A stretch of 41,254 nt of DNA from a virus. Taxonomy: Duplodnaviria; Caudoviricetes. The stretch spans positions 1 to 41,254 of the IMG/VR virus record IMGVR_UViG_3300010148_000030. One strand, written 5' to 3'. The position numbers and the translations under genes were made by a program. Position 1 is the stretch's first letter, and every line of letters begins with the position of its first letter. The notes beneath the pieces were generated by a model, which worked only from the letters and a program-made list of their open reading frames with translations, did no database searches and was not told where the DNA came from. This document shows positions 9,200-18,732 of this stretch, piece after piece.

Positions 9200-10191
9200 A
9201 ATACATTTCACTTTTCAGTGGCGTTGAAGCCGCCACAGTCGCATGGAAACCTCTCGGCTGGGAGCCTTTGCGCTTTGCCGAAATTGAACCGTTTCCTTCG
9301 GCTGTCCTCAAACATCATTATCCCAAAATTGAAAATGTGGGGGATGTGATGAAACATGAATGGAAACAATACGAAGAAAAAGCAGATCTTATCGTCGGGG
9401 GTAGCCCCTGTCAGTCGTTCTCAAAAGCAGGACAAAGACTTGGACTGGATGATCACCGTGGCAACTTGGCCCTCAAGTTCCTCCAAATTGTCCGTGATGT
9501 TAAACCGAAATGGTTCGTCTATGAAAATGTCCACGGCCTCTTATCATCCAAAGGAGGAAAGGATTTTGCTACCTTCCTCGGCGAAGTGGCGAAATGCGGG
9601 TATGGGTTCGCTTACCGAGTTCTTGACGCTCAATACTTCGGAGTCCCCCAACGACGCCGAAGAGTCTTTGTTGTCGGATGTGCTGATGGAGATTGGAGAA
9701 GTGCCGCCGCAGTGCTATTTCAGCCAAAAAGCGTGCAAGAGTGTGCTTCGCAGGGTGAACAACAAGGGCACAGTCATTCCGCACGAACTACGGACGGCGT
9801 TGGAGAAACAAAACCCCCAATAATTTTAGATCGAGCCTCCTTCAATCAAGGAAAGAATGCTCAATACAAACTCCATATCAAACAAGAACAGCAAACTCCA
9901 ACGCTTGTCGCAAGAGGCCCACATGCCGTGTTTCATCAAGGGGTTGTTCGCCGATTCAGTCCAATTGAATACGAACGCTTGCAGGGTTTCCCCGACGACT
10001 ACACCAAAATTGAATGGCGTGGTAAATCTAAAGATAAATGCCCACAAGGACACCGAATAAAGTGCATGGGGAACAGTATGGCCGTGCCAGTCATGCGATG
10101 GATTGGTGAACGGATTCAAGCCGTTGATTCAATACTCAAAACTCATCCCCGCAATCAAGCGGTGCAACATACGCAAATGAGGCTGTGGTAA
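9196..10191 (+). CDS. C5-cytosine DNA methyltransferase
   Basis: Motifs I SLFSG, IV GGSPCQSFS, VI ENV, VIII QRRRRVF and X GNSM. Confidence 0.93.
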   Translation: MKYISLFSGVEAATVAWKPLGWEPLRFAEIEPFPSAVLKHHYPKIENVGDVMKHEWKQYEEKADLIVGGSPCQSFSKAGQRLGLDDHRGNLALKFLQIVRDVKPKWFVYENVHGLLSSKGGKDFATFLGEVAKCGYGFAYRVLDAQYFGVPQRRRRVFVVGCADGDWRSAAAVLFQPKSVQECASQGEQQGHSHSARTTDGVGETKPPIILDRASFNQGKNAQYKLHIKQEQQTPTLVARGPHAVFHQGVVRRFSPIEYERLQGFPDDYTKIEWRGKSKDKCPQGHRIKCMGNSMAVPVMRWIGERIQAVDSILKTHPRNQAVQHTQMRLW

Positions 10192-10192
10192 G

Positions 10193-10561
10193 ATGCTGAC
10201 TGAACAAGACATCCTTTTGCTCTTGATTGCTAAAAACGCAAGGTTCCGCATTTCCTCACGCCTCACCACGAAGAACCAAACAGGATATGACATTCGCCCC
10301 GAATGCGATCTGTTTGGTCGCAAAACAATTCCAGCCGAAGTGAGCATATTCCTGCGGGAGAACGGCTTGCCAGCCCAAAACCGCTACACGAAAGCCCACC
10401 ATTTAACACGGCTTATGAGGCTCTTGAAGCCGTATCGCCTATTCACCAAAGAACCCGAAGGTTTTTTGACCGTCTTGCGTCATGTCGGTAGTCTGCCCGA
10501 AGCAACAACGCATGAGGACATAGAAAATATATTGGAGGTGCTTGAAAATGAATCTGTTTGA
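10193..10561 (+). CDS. Hypothetical protein, possibly a degenerate single LAGLIDADG domain
   Basis: FRISSRLTTKNQTGYDIRPE and LMRLLKPY..K patterns recall I-CreI-like folds; no catalytic acid in the first helix. Confidence 0.4.
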   Translation: MLTEQDILLLLIAKNARFRISSRLTTKNQTGYDIRPECDLFGRKTIPAEVSIFLRENGLPAQNRYTKAHHLTRLMRLLKPYRLFTKEPEGFLTVLRHVGSLPEATTHEDIENILEVLENESV

Positions 10562-11120
10562 GGATGAGGAACTTACCACGAACGACTGGTTTGAGGTATG
10601 TCCGAATGCCCATACGGTCATACTTGATGATAGGAAAATTGGTTTGTTTGACGCTTTGCGATTATGGACAAACGACTACGACAGGCTTGCTGTGCGTGAA
10701 GCACTCCATAATGTCAAGTCCGGCCCACGATTCATGTTGGATTCAATGCTTGCTACATACCCATACGATCCAGCGGTAATGTTTGTTGGGCGTGAATTGT
10801 TGATGAAGGAAAACGACGACATTTCACTCTCAATACTCGCTTTGTCAAAGAACGGAACAAATCAACGACGGATCAAGTTCCCCAGCAAACTCCCAAAGGC
10901 TGTGCCGAACCGCCTACTGGCCGTGTTCGGACTAAGGCCGAGCGAAGCCGAATGGTTTGCCTCAATCACCGCCGTTGAATCCAATGTTATGGCGGTTCTC
11001 CCCCACCTGATCGAGAAGGATTGGGAACACATCATCCATGATAAAGACACGCTATTGAAAAAAGCGGCTGAACGGGACACTGCGCCCATGAACTTATCCA
11101 ATTGGGGGCTGACCCAATGA
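10548..11120 (+). CDS. Hypothetical protein upstream of RFC (possible clamp-loader accessory subunit)
   Basis: ORF is clear; function guessed only from position and the PIP-like tail MNLSNW. Confidence 0.55.
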   Translation: MNLFEDEELTTNDWFEVCPNAHTVILDDRKIGLFDALRLWTNDYDRLAVREALHNVKSGPRFMLDSMLATYPYDPAVMFVGRELLMKENDDISLSILALSKNGTNQRRIKFPSKLPKAVPNRLLAVFGLRPSEAEWFASITAVESNVMAVLPHLIEKDWEHIIHDKDTLLKKAAERDTAPMNLSNWGLTQ

Positions 11121-11124
11121 CACC

Positions 11125-11139
11125 GAACCTTTTATACCC
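11125..11139 (+). promoter_or_regulatory. Putative archaeal promoter of the replication operon
   Basis: GAACCTTTTATACCC in a rare intergenic gap before RFC. Confidence 0.5.
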
Positions 11140-11177
11140 AACCCCCTGTTGGCTTGAATCCCACCGAGCGTGAAATT

Positions 11178-12140
11178 ATGACACAGTTATGGAAAACCCA
11201 CCGACCCGACACACTACAAGGTATGGTCGGCCTTGAGCAATTGAAGGCCGATGTTCCGACATGGGTTGTTCATGCTCAAAACAAATACACACTGCGCTGT
11301 GGTGGGGTCATATTCTTCGGCAAACCCGGAACTGGTAAAACCAGCGGTGGTCGTGCAATCGCTATGGATCTATTGGGCGATGCCTTCGCCAATAACTTCC
11401 ATGTGTTCAATGCCTCCGATGATAGAGGCATTGGGTTCGTTCGTGATAGGCTCAAGAGCCTCGCTGAACAAAAAGCCGTTGGACATGACTTCAAGGTCAT
11501 TCTTCTTGACGAAGCCGACGGACTCACCAAAGACGCACAGGACGCTATGCGCCAATTGATTGAAGAAACTGGCACTCATGTGCTTTGGATTCTTACATGC
11601 AACCGTATTGGGCGCATTATCCCTGCTCTCCGTTCAAGACTCCCTGCCTATTCCTTCAACCCGTTGGAGATAGGCGACGCCGAAGGTTTCCTCGGTCGTG
11701 TAATTACCGAAGAGAACTTCCCCGATGCGTGGGTTGCGGCTCTCCCATCGCTTATCACGAAATACAAAGGTGATATGCGGGCTTGCTTGAAAGCCATGCA
11801 AACCATCGATCCATCCGATGAGGACGCCCTCGTCAATTTGACACTCACTGACTTTGAGCCAGCACAGACCTATTACAAAGGCATTCTCGCTGGCCCTCAC
11901 TCCGACTTAATTGACAGTGCGGAATCGCTTGTCAACACGCACGGTATGTCCCGTGATGAAATAATTGAGGGTATGCACCAAGCAATCCTCTCGGCATACA
12001 AAGACGATAAGGTGGACACCGCTATGGCGATGAAGCACCTTATGATACTGGGACAGTGGGCGGCGAGAAGCCCCGACTGGACGGCCAGTGATCTCCTATT
12101 CCTCCATGCTATGACTGGGGATTACAAACAAAGAGGTTGA
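11178..12140 (+). CDS. rfcS: Replication factor C small subunit (clamp loader)
   Basis: LWKTHRP..L..MVG, GKPGTGKT, NASDDRGI, LDEADGLT, LRSR. Confidence 0.92.
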   Translation: MTQLWKTHRPDTLQGMVGLEQLKADVPTWVVHAQNKYTLRCGGVIFFGKPGTGKTSGGRAIAMDLLGDAFANNFHVFNASDDRGIGFVRDRLKSLAEQKAVGHDFKVILLDEADGLTKDAQDAMRQLIEETGTHVLWILTCNRIGRIIPALRSRLPAYSFNPLEIGDAEGFLGRVITEENFPDAWVAALPSLITKYKGDMRACLKAMQTIDPSDEDALVNLTLTDFEPAQTYYKGILAGPHSDLIDSAESLVNTHGMSRDEIIEGMHQAILSAYKDDKVDTAMAMKHLMILGQWAARSPDWTASDLLFLHAMTGDYKQRG

Positions 12141-12144
12141 TTAA

Positions 12145-13488
12145 ATGAGCGAAGAAAGAGAAATCGGAAACAATTGCATTGATGAAGCGGCGAAAATACT
12201 CGGAGTGTCCGAGGAAGAGGCATTGGCCTCGTTTGGTTCGTGGATGAACGAAACATTCCCCGACATGTGGGAAGCCGCTGGCAGTTCAGCACAGGGCTTG
12301 GACGATGACGATTACAACGACTTCGCCGACATGTTCGTGTGTGCTAACCGCCCAAGTGGCGGTGGCGGCGGCGGATCTGGCGAGGAATGGGTCGGTATGT
12401 TCATCGGATTTGACCGACGATTTGACTTGATGAAGCGCAAGCGTGAGGCGGCAATTGACATCGCTACTGCTGACCTTTCGGGTGCAATCAACAACGGTTT
12501 CCAATACAACGGCAACAAAGTCGGCATTGGTCGTGCTTTCCGTGCCGAAGGTGTTTGGCGAGCCGAACACAGCACTGGGACATTCGTGTCAAAGGACTCG
12601 GCTGACGATAACCCGAACTGGGTTATCCCTCTCAATGAAAAACTCTCAATCTGTATGCTCAAGGCTGACAACACCCCACAGCGTGCTACTGCCATGAAGT
12701 CCGTTTGGGCGTTTCATGGGAACTCCAAAGACAAGTTCCTTGAAGAAGGGCCAATGCTCATCACTGTTGAGGGTGCCTTTGAAGGTGCTACTCACGACTG
12801 GAACCTGTGGCAACCAATTACCGTCAAGGGAACTTTCGATCCCGAAGGATGGAACGGTGCTGGCCCAACACTTTCAATCAGCAACACCAATGCGACCTAT
12901 GGTTTGGATTGGGTGCCCGAAGGAAAGAAGCGGGACACTGCCTCAAACCTGTTCAAGCCGGAGCAATACCTTACCACTACTGGCGACGCCGCTGTGAATG
13001 TGAAGGACTTGCTTGAGCATCACCTTGACAACCGCCGTGAGTCATACACTGACCGCAACGGTGTCCAACGCTATGATGGCCCAATGGTCTGTATCGTTGG
13101 CGGTGTTATGGACATCAACCACGAAGGCCGTGAATCCCAATGGGATCCAACAGGCCGTGATTACTGGTTGTCCATCAGCACTCAAGTTCTCCGCCGTGAA
13201 AACCCAAACGCTCGCATTGGCATTGGTGTGTCGGGAATGGTTAAGGAAAACCATAACGCACTCTCCGTCCTCAAGTCGGGCGAATGGCTCCCATTCGCAA
13301 AGGGTTCCCGTGTTTGGGTTGTCGGTCGCACCGAGTCTTACACCAACCAAGACGGCGATGAAGTCGTCAAGGTGCAAGCACACGGTATCTATGCCGTCCC
13401 TCATAAGTCCATTCCAGCAAAGAAGCCAAGCGAGTCCAGCAACGATTTGGGCAACCTTGACGGTTTCAGTGCCGGAGGTGATTACTGA
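12145..13488 (+). CDS. Probable ssDNA-binding protein (RPA-like OB folds)
   Basis: Beta-rich OB-like C-terminal segment (KGSRVWVVGRT...VKVQAHGIY), acidic tail, position within the replisome genes. Confidence 0.45.
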   Translation: MSEEREIGNNCIDEAAKILGVSEEEALASFGSWMNETFPDMWEAAGSSAQGLDDDDYNDFADMFVCANRPSGGGGGGSGEEWVGMFIGFDRRFDLMKRKREAAIDIATADLSGAINNGFQYNGNKVGIGRAFRAEGVWRAEHSTGTFVSKDSADDNPNWVIPLNEKLSICMLKADNTPQRATAMKSVWAFHGNSKDKFLEEGPMLITVEGAFEGATHDWNLWQPITVKGTFDPEGWNGAGPTLSISNTNATYGLDWVPEGKKRDTASNLFKPEQYLTTTGDAAVNVKDLLEHHLDNRRESYTDRNGVQRYDGPMVCIVGGVMDINHEGRESQWDPTGRDYWLSISTQVLRRENPNARIGIGVSGMVKENHNALSVLKSGEWLPFAKGSRVWVVGRTESYTNQDGDEVVKVQAHGIYAVPHKSIPAKKPSESSNDLGNLDGFSAGGDY

Positions 13489-14690
13489 TGGGAACAGGAT
13501 TCTTAGACGGCTTCAAGGAAAAGAAGGGCAATTACGAACCACCAGCCAAGAAGGCTGGCGGATCCAAAAAGGCACCAAAGCCAAAACCTGCTCCGAAGAA
13601 GGAATTGAAAGACATTCCTATTGAGGCATTGGTTGACGAGGCTCCCCCTGTTCAGCACGAAGAACCGGAGATGGAGGAACCTGTTGATGAGGCACCTCCC
13701 GCACCTGCTCCAAAGAAGGCCAAGAAGCCTTCTCCGCCAGCCACCTCAAACCACCTGTCAAGGGTCAATCCGACGATTGCGGCTATGATTCGCAACGCTC
13801 GTCGCACCTTTGAAGCACCACCCGCATTTGTCATGTGTGGTATCGCTGGCGCACCTAAGACTGGTAAAACAGGTATGGTGCTTGACAGCCTAACTCCACA
13901 GGAAATCAAGGACGGTGCCGAGATTTGGCATTTGGACTTCGATCTTGGTGGCGAAACCACGAAAGCGGCTCACCACGCCGACAAGGCTGAAAACCTCGTT
14001 GTCCTCAATCCGTGGGTATTCAACTACGGCGACAGTCGTGTCCCGTATGATTTCCCAGCAACATTCCAACAGACTGTGGACATCCTCAAGACCGCACAGG
14101 CTCAAATGGAGGCACAGAACGAATACTACGCCAAACACGGCAAAATGCCAAAACCATACCTCAAGACTGTGGTGTTTGACGGTGCCGACCACTGGCTACA
14201 CATCACTGAAACCTGCATGAAGGTTGACGATTTGGATCTTGGTGTTGACGGTATTGCTGTTTCGGGCAAGAAGGCCACCACTCAAATTGGTCGCTTCAAT
14301 TGGAACATCCGTGCCACTCGCTATCAAACGGCTATGGTCGCTCTCCGTGAACTGTGTCGTGGTGGTGTTCACTGCTATGTCATTACCCACATGAAACCGG
14401 GCTACGACTCGTCGGGCAACGAACTTGCTGGGCAAGACACCCCAAAGTGGCTCAAGGGCACAGAAGGGCACCTGCAACAAGTCATTCATACTGAACTTGA
14501 AGAGGAACGCAACGAATCCGGTGAACTCACTGGCGTTGTCCGTGGCTACGCTGTGATTATCGCTGACCGCACTTCGCTTCAAGCGTCGGGTCGTGTCCTG
14601 CTCTTTGAGAGGAACGACGACGGTGGTGTTTGGCATGGATGGCCTAAGATCTCCGAAGGCGACTTCAATGTTCCAAAGGGTGATGCTTGA
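13488..14690 (+). CDS. RecA-fold P-loop ATPase (RadA/Sak4/AAA_24-like recombination protein)
   Basis: Walker A GAPKTGKT, HLDFDLG, Walker B VVFDG; low-complexity P/K/E N-terminus. Confidence 0.75.
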   Translation: MGTGFLDGFKEKKGNYEPPAKKAGGSKKAPKPKPAPKKELKDIPIEALVDEAPPVQHEEPEMEEPVDEAPPAPAPKKAKKPSPPATSNHLSRVNPTIAAMIRNARRTFEAPPAFVMCGIAGAPKTGKTGMVLDSLTPQEIKDGAEIWHLDFDLGGETTKAAHHADKAENLVVLNPWVFNYGDSRVPYDFPATFQQTVDILKTAQAQMEAQNEYYAKHGKMPKPYLKTVVFDGADHWLHITETCMKVDDLDLGVDGIAVSGKKATTQIGRFNWNIRATRYQTAMVALRELCRGGVHCYVITHMKPGYDSSGNELAGQDTPKWLKGTEGHLQQVIHTELEEERNESGELTGVVRGYAVIIADRTSLQASGRVLLFERNDDGGVWHGWPKISEGDFNVPKGDA

Positions 14691-15499
14691 TGGTCGGAAT
14701 CCGTATGCTTCAACACAACCTGCTGACATTCCTCAAGGGCTTTGAAGGAATGGACGATTTGGTTATCAATGTTAGAGAAGAAGGCTTGGTAGCCGCAGGA
14801 ACACTTGACAAAGCGTATTTCATCCAACGACTCACGAACTTCCGTGAGGGCGAGGAATGCGTCAAGACTGGCTCAATCGCAATCGGTCAATTGTCCACCT
14901 TTTCCTCGCTGATCAAGGAATGTGGTGTCGGCAACGAAGAGATTGAAATTACACTTCTTGAAAACGGCAAAATCCAAGTGGACGGAACCAATGTTAGTTT
15001 CACCATGCCGTCAGTCAACACCGCTTCTTCACAGGCTGGTGTTGAACAGGTTGTCAAGTTAATTGAAGATTCAGCAAGCAACGGGTGGAAACACTTCGGA
15101 TCTGGCGTTCTGTCCTTCATGCAAACCTTTGACGGACAGGCGTTTCAAAAATTACGCAATACAGGCAAAGCAATCCAAAACGGTGCGCTTTTTTGCCTTG
15201 ATGCGAATACAGACATATTGACTCTTAGCGTAAAGCGGGACTCAATTCGCATGGAATCACACATTGAACCAATTACAAATGAATGGTTTGTCGATCTTGA
15301 AGAAGAACGAGAAGGTGTTCTCAATTGGTTCGGAAAGTGGCTAATGGACGCTCTCAAGGCTATGCCGGGGAATGGGACTGTCTATTTGCACGGAGGCACC
15401 GACAGCCCCTTGCTCATTCGCCACGAATCACCCGATGGTGATTTTGGAACAACAGCCGTTATCGCTCCCCGCCAAGAAGAAGGCGGGGCGTCGGCTTGA
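14687..15499 (+). CDS. pcn: DNA sliding clamp (PCNA), divergent
   Basis: About 270 aa; C-terminal WLMDALK...VYL.GGTDSPLLI...VIAPRQEE matches the PCNA end; lies between RFC and PolB. Confidence 0.75.
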   Translation: MMVGIRMLQHNLLTFLKGFEGMDDLVINVREEGLVAAGTLDKAYFIQRLTNFREGEECVKTGSIAIGQLSTFSSLIKECGVGNEEIEITLLENGKIQVDGTNVSFTMPSVNTASSQAGVEQVVKLIEDSASNGWKHFGSGVLSFMQTFDGQAFQKLRNTGKAIQNGALFCLDANTDILTLSVKRDSIRMESHIEPITNEWFVDLEEEREGVLNWFGKWLMDALKAMPGNGTVYLHGGTDSPLLIRHESPDGDFGTTAVIAPRQEEGGASA

Positions 15500-17775
15500 T
15501 TATCCAAACATACGAAACCGATGATTCGGAATGCCCTTCGATCTACTTGCGATACCGTGATGAAAACGGTGTGGTGATGGAGAACCATGATGGGACATTC
15601 CGACCATACTTCTATGTGGCCGCTGACAGTGATACACCACGAATCACCGAGTTATTTGACGAACGGTTTGATGGTTGGTATGTTGGTGAAAGGACGGCCA
15701 AGTCGTTGGACGGCAGGGAATTGATTTCAATTGTCGCTCCGAGTCCAAGAGATGTCAAACCTATGCGAGAACTTTGCGAGGAAACATGGGAGGCTGACAT
15801 TCACTTTCCCGACAGGTATGCTATTGACAACATTGATCCGCAGGATATTCCCGACTGGTTCCCGAACATGGTTCGGGCTGGTGGCTTTGACCTTGAATGG
15901 AACGAGCAAGGAGAACTCACCGCTATGGGCTACACCACGAACGGTGAGGTCGTTCGGCAGTGGTCTTGGCATCCAACCTATGAGGGTGTCCTCAACCCAT
16001 ACCGTTCCGAGAAGGAAATGCTTGAGGCATTTGCACTGGCGTTTGAGGAATTAGATCCCGACCTTATCACTACATGGTCGGGCAACCGTGCCGACTGGCC
16101 GAAAATGTATGAACGCTACAAACACCATGACATTGGCTTTGATTGGATGTCGCCTCTCTCGGAGTTCAGCACTTCACCACCAATGACCCACCTCCCACGC
16201 AGTGGGGTCTATGACGACGGGACTCAAGTGATACCCGGTCGCATGACCGTTGACCTCGCTGACAGGAACCACGGCTTTGAGCGTGTGTGGCGGGACGCAG
16301 GAAACGGTCAATTGTCCGACCGACGACTGGGTGCTGTTGGCAAGGTGGCGTTCCCCGATAACCCCGAATTATGGAAAATAGACACTAAAGGAATATCGCA
16401 TCACGACCTTTGGCTCAACCATTTTGAGGATTTCCTGCAATATCACCGTGCTGATGTATTACTCACAGACCGTCTTGACAGGGAATACCATGTCACCCGA
16501 TTCTTCATGGCTTTACAGCGAGTCTGTGGAGTATCGTTTGGTTCTGTATTCACAGTGAGCCGCTTCGCAAGAGGATTGCTACGCCGAAGGGCGACATGGG
16601 CGGCACCCACAGGGACTTACAAGAAAGGTTCCGACGATTCATACGGCGGTGGATTCGTGCCAGATCCAAAGACTGGTCGGTTTTACAATGTGGCCTGTTT
16701 TGACTTCCGTGCCATGTATGCCGAGATTCAGCGGGCTGACAACATCAGTCCCGAAATGCTTCGGCACGAAGCAGGGGAGAATACCCGTGCGGTCGGCAAC
16801 GGCACACATTGGAGTCAAGACAATGTTGGGGTATTGCCCAAACTGCAAATGGATCTGGCCGATGCTCGCAACGAAGCGAAGGCCGAGATGAAGAAGCACG
16901 AACCGGGTTCATCGGAATACGCCGGTTTTAACACACTACAATTAGCATTCAAAAGGGCCGCCGCCAGCGTATATGGACTCATGGGACACACAGGTCATGG
17001 TGAAGCACACAGGACTGTCGCATCAACCATAACCTATGTTGGTCGTCAATTGACTTCACGGCTGATGGAGATTTGCGAGGACATGGGCTACGAGCCACTG
17101 GCGGGACACACCGACAGCGCATACATCGGAATTGGCGACAACGACGGACATGAAATAGCCGACGCCTTAACACGAACGATACAGAAGGAGTTCAATTCCG
17201 AGCGATTCGTGGTGGAGTATGAGAAACTGATGTTATCGTGGGTCGCCGCTAAGAAGAACAGGAACTTCGGTTGGGTGGTTTGGCCGAAAGAAGGACTACA
17301 CTGCACTGGCTTTGAGATGAAGAAGTCCAATGCCGCACAGATCACCAAAGCCATTCAAGAAACCGCCTTTGAGGCGGTGTGTCGTGAGGACGCCACCGAA
17401 GACGATATTCGGGATTTAGTGAACTCATGGATAAAAAGCGTGCGAACTGTGGTGAAGCGTGAGGCTCTTGTCATGCGCTCTCGCTTAGGCAAGAAGCCGG
17501 AAAAATACGGACAACAGGGTGGGTTTCAAGGAGCCGCTAAGGCATACAACCGACTGAACCCCGACAACCGATTTGAGAAGGGTGATGGTGTCCCACACAC
17601 ATACACTACAAAGGGGATTGAAGCATACCGAACCCCCGAAGAACTTGAAGAATTAGACATAGATTTCACGGCTGTAATAGAAAAGCAAATTATAGCCCCC
17701 GTTTCCCTCATATTTGAGGCGATGGGCTGGCGACAACCGACGGCTGATGGTTCAAAGCCCCAAGAGTGGTGGTAA
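15496..17775 (+). CDS. polB: Family B DNA polymerase
   Basis: Archaeal N-terminal FRPYFY and WEADIHF; Exo I FDLE; motif A DFRAMY, B KRAAASVYG, C GHTDS; KKNR, GFE. Confidence 0.95.
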   Translation: MIIQTYETDDSECPSIYLRYRDENGVVMENHDGTFRPYFYVAADSDTPRITELFDERFDGWYVGERTAKSLDGRELISIVAPSPRDVKPMRELCEETWEADIHFPDRYAIDNIDPQDIPDWFPNMVRAGGFDLEWNEQGELTAMGYTTNGEVVRQWSWHPTYEGVLNPYRSEKEMLEAFALAFEELDPDLITTWSGNRADWPKMYERYKHHDIGFDWMSPLSEFSTSPPMTHLPRSGVYDDGTQVIPGRMTVDLADRNHGFERVWRDAGNGQLSDRRLGAVGKVAFPDNPELWKIDTKGISHHDLWLNHFEDFLQYHRADVLLTDRLDREYHVTRFFMALQRVCGVSFGSVFTVSRFARGLLRRRATWAAPTGTYKKGSDDSYGGGFVPDPKTGRFYNVACFDFRAMYAEIQRADNISPEMLRHEAGENTRAVGNGTHWSQDNVGVLPKLQMDLADARNEAKAEMKKHEPGSSEYAGFNTLQLAFKRAAASVYGLMGHTGHGEAHRTVASTITYVGRQLTSRLMEICEDMGYEPLAGHTDSAYIGIGDNDGHEIADALTRTIQKEFNSERFVVEYEKLMLSWVAAKKNRNFGWVVWPKEGLHCTGFEMKKSNAAQITKAIQETAFEAVCREDATEDDIRDLVNSWIKSVRTVVKREALVMRSRLGKKPEKYGQQGGFQGAAKAYNRLNPDNRFEKGDGVPHTYTTKGIEAYRTPEELEELDIDFTAVIEKQIIAPVSLIFEAMGWRQPTADGSKPQEWW

Positions 17776-17778
17776 AAC

Positions 17779-18732
17779 ATGGAGCAGAAAGAAATAGCGA
17801 TGGTGTCGTTCAGCGGCGGAAAGGATTCAACGGCTATGTTGTTGAAAATGCTTGAGTTAGACGATCCAAACTATCCAGTCCACCGCATCGTGTTCGCCGA
17901 CACTGGCTTTGAGTTCCCCGAACTTTACGACTACATCAAGCATGTGGAGAAATACATTCAAGAGAAATACCCCGAAAAGGGATTGCACATTGAACATGTG
18001 TTCTCAAAGAAGTCGTGGAACGACTGGTTCTATGGAAAGGTGACAAGAGGCAAGAACGAAGGAAATGTTCGTGGGGCACCTCTCATCGTTTATCCTTGCT
18101 ACTGGGCGAGAGAAGCCAAACTTTACCCCCTCCAACGGGCGACAAAGGAATGCACAATCAAATATGTCGGTATCGCCATAGACGAGAAGAGGCGTGTGTC
18201 AAAGACCGCAAAGGAGGACGGCATTCGTTATCCTCTTATTGAGTGGGGCTGGACGGAAGAAGACGCTTTCAAATACCTTGACTCAATTGACATGGTTAAT
18301 CCTCTCTATGTGAACTTTCAACGCTTAGGTTGCTTTCATTGTATCAAACAGCCTGTTGCTTCGTGGTATGTTCTGTGGAAAAAATATCCGGATCTATGGG
18401 AACAAGCCAAGCACTGGGACGAGGAAAGCCGAAGGGTTTCCCCGATGAAGCACGGCATGAATCAATACAACACGCTCGCTGAAATGGAACAGAAGTTCAC
18501 CGATGGATTCGTGCCCGAAGGCCGACGACCATTTGAATGCAATTCCTGTGATGCAGTGAGCATTTACCATGATGATCAACAGGGTATTATTGAAATGTGG
18601 GGAGGCGAAGAAGAACTACACAGCGACGACGCCATGTCCTGTGAAATCAACGACCCCGGAAGCAAGTCGGTGCTTGAGCAATTTGAATGGGTCAAGAAAG
18701 ACGAACAGCCCGAACCGAAGGAGTGGTGGTGA
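17779..18732 (+). CDS. PAPS-reductase-family (PP-loop) protein
   Basis: SFSGGKDS, ADTGFEFP, YPLIEWGWT, RLGCFHC. Confidence 0.88.
   Translation: MEQKEIAMVSFSGGKDSTAMLLKMLELDDPNYPVHRIVFADTGFEFPELYDYIKHVEKYIQEKYPEKGLHIEHVFSKKSWNDWFYGKVTRGKNEGNVRGAPLIVYPCYWAREAKLYPLQRATKECTIKYVGIAIDEKRRVSKTAKEDGIRYPLIEWGWTEEDAFKYLDSIDMVNPLYVNFQRLGCFHCIKQPVASWYVLWKKYPDLWEQAKHWDEESRRVSPMKHGMNQYNTLAEMEQKFTDGFVPEGRRPFECNSCDAVSIYHDDQQGIIEMWGGEEELHSDDAMSCEINDPGSKSVLEQFEWVKKDEQPEPKEWW

Noticed and set aside
9191-11120. ACCCAATGA repeated at the ends of the ligase and 10548 genes as a cassette boundary
   Set aside because: Only 9 bp, and partly explained by the common CAATGA stop context.
15496-17775. Intein or inactivated PolB2
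   Set aside because: Length is normal (759 aa) with no splice motifs, and the essential catalytic and exonuclease acids are retained.
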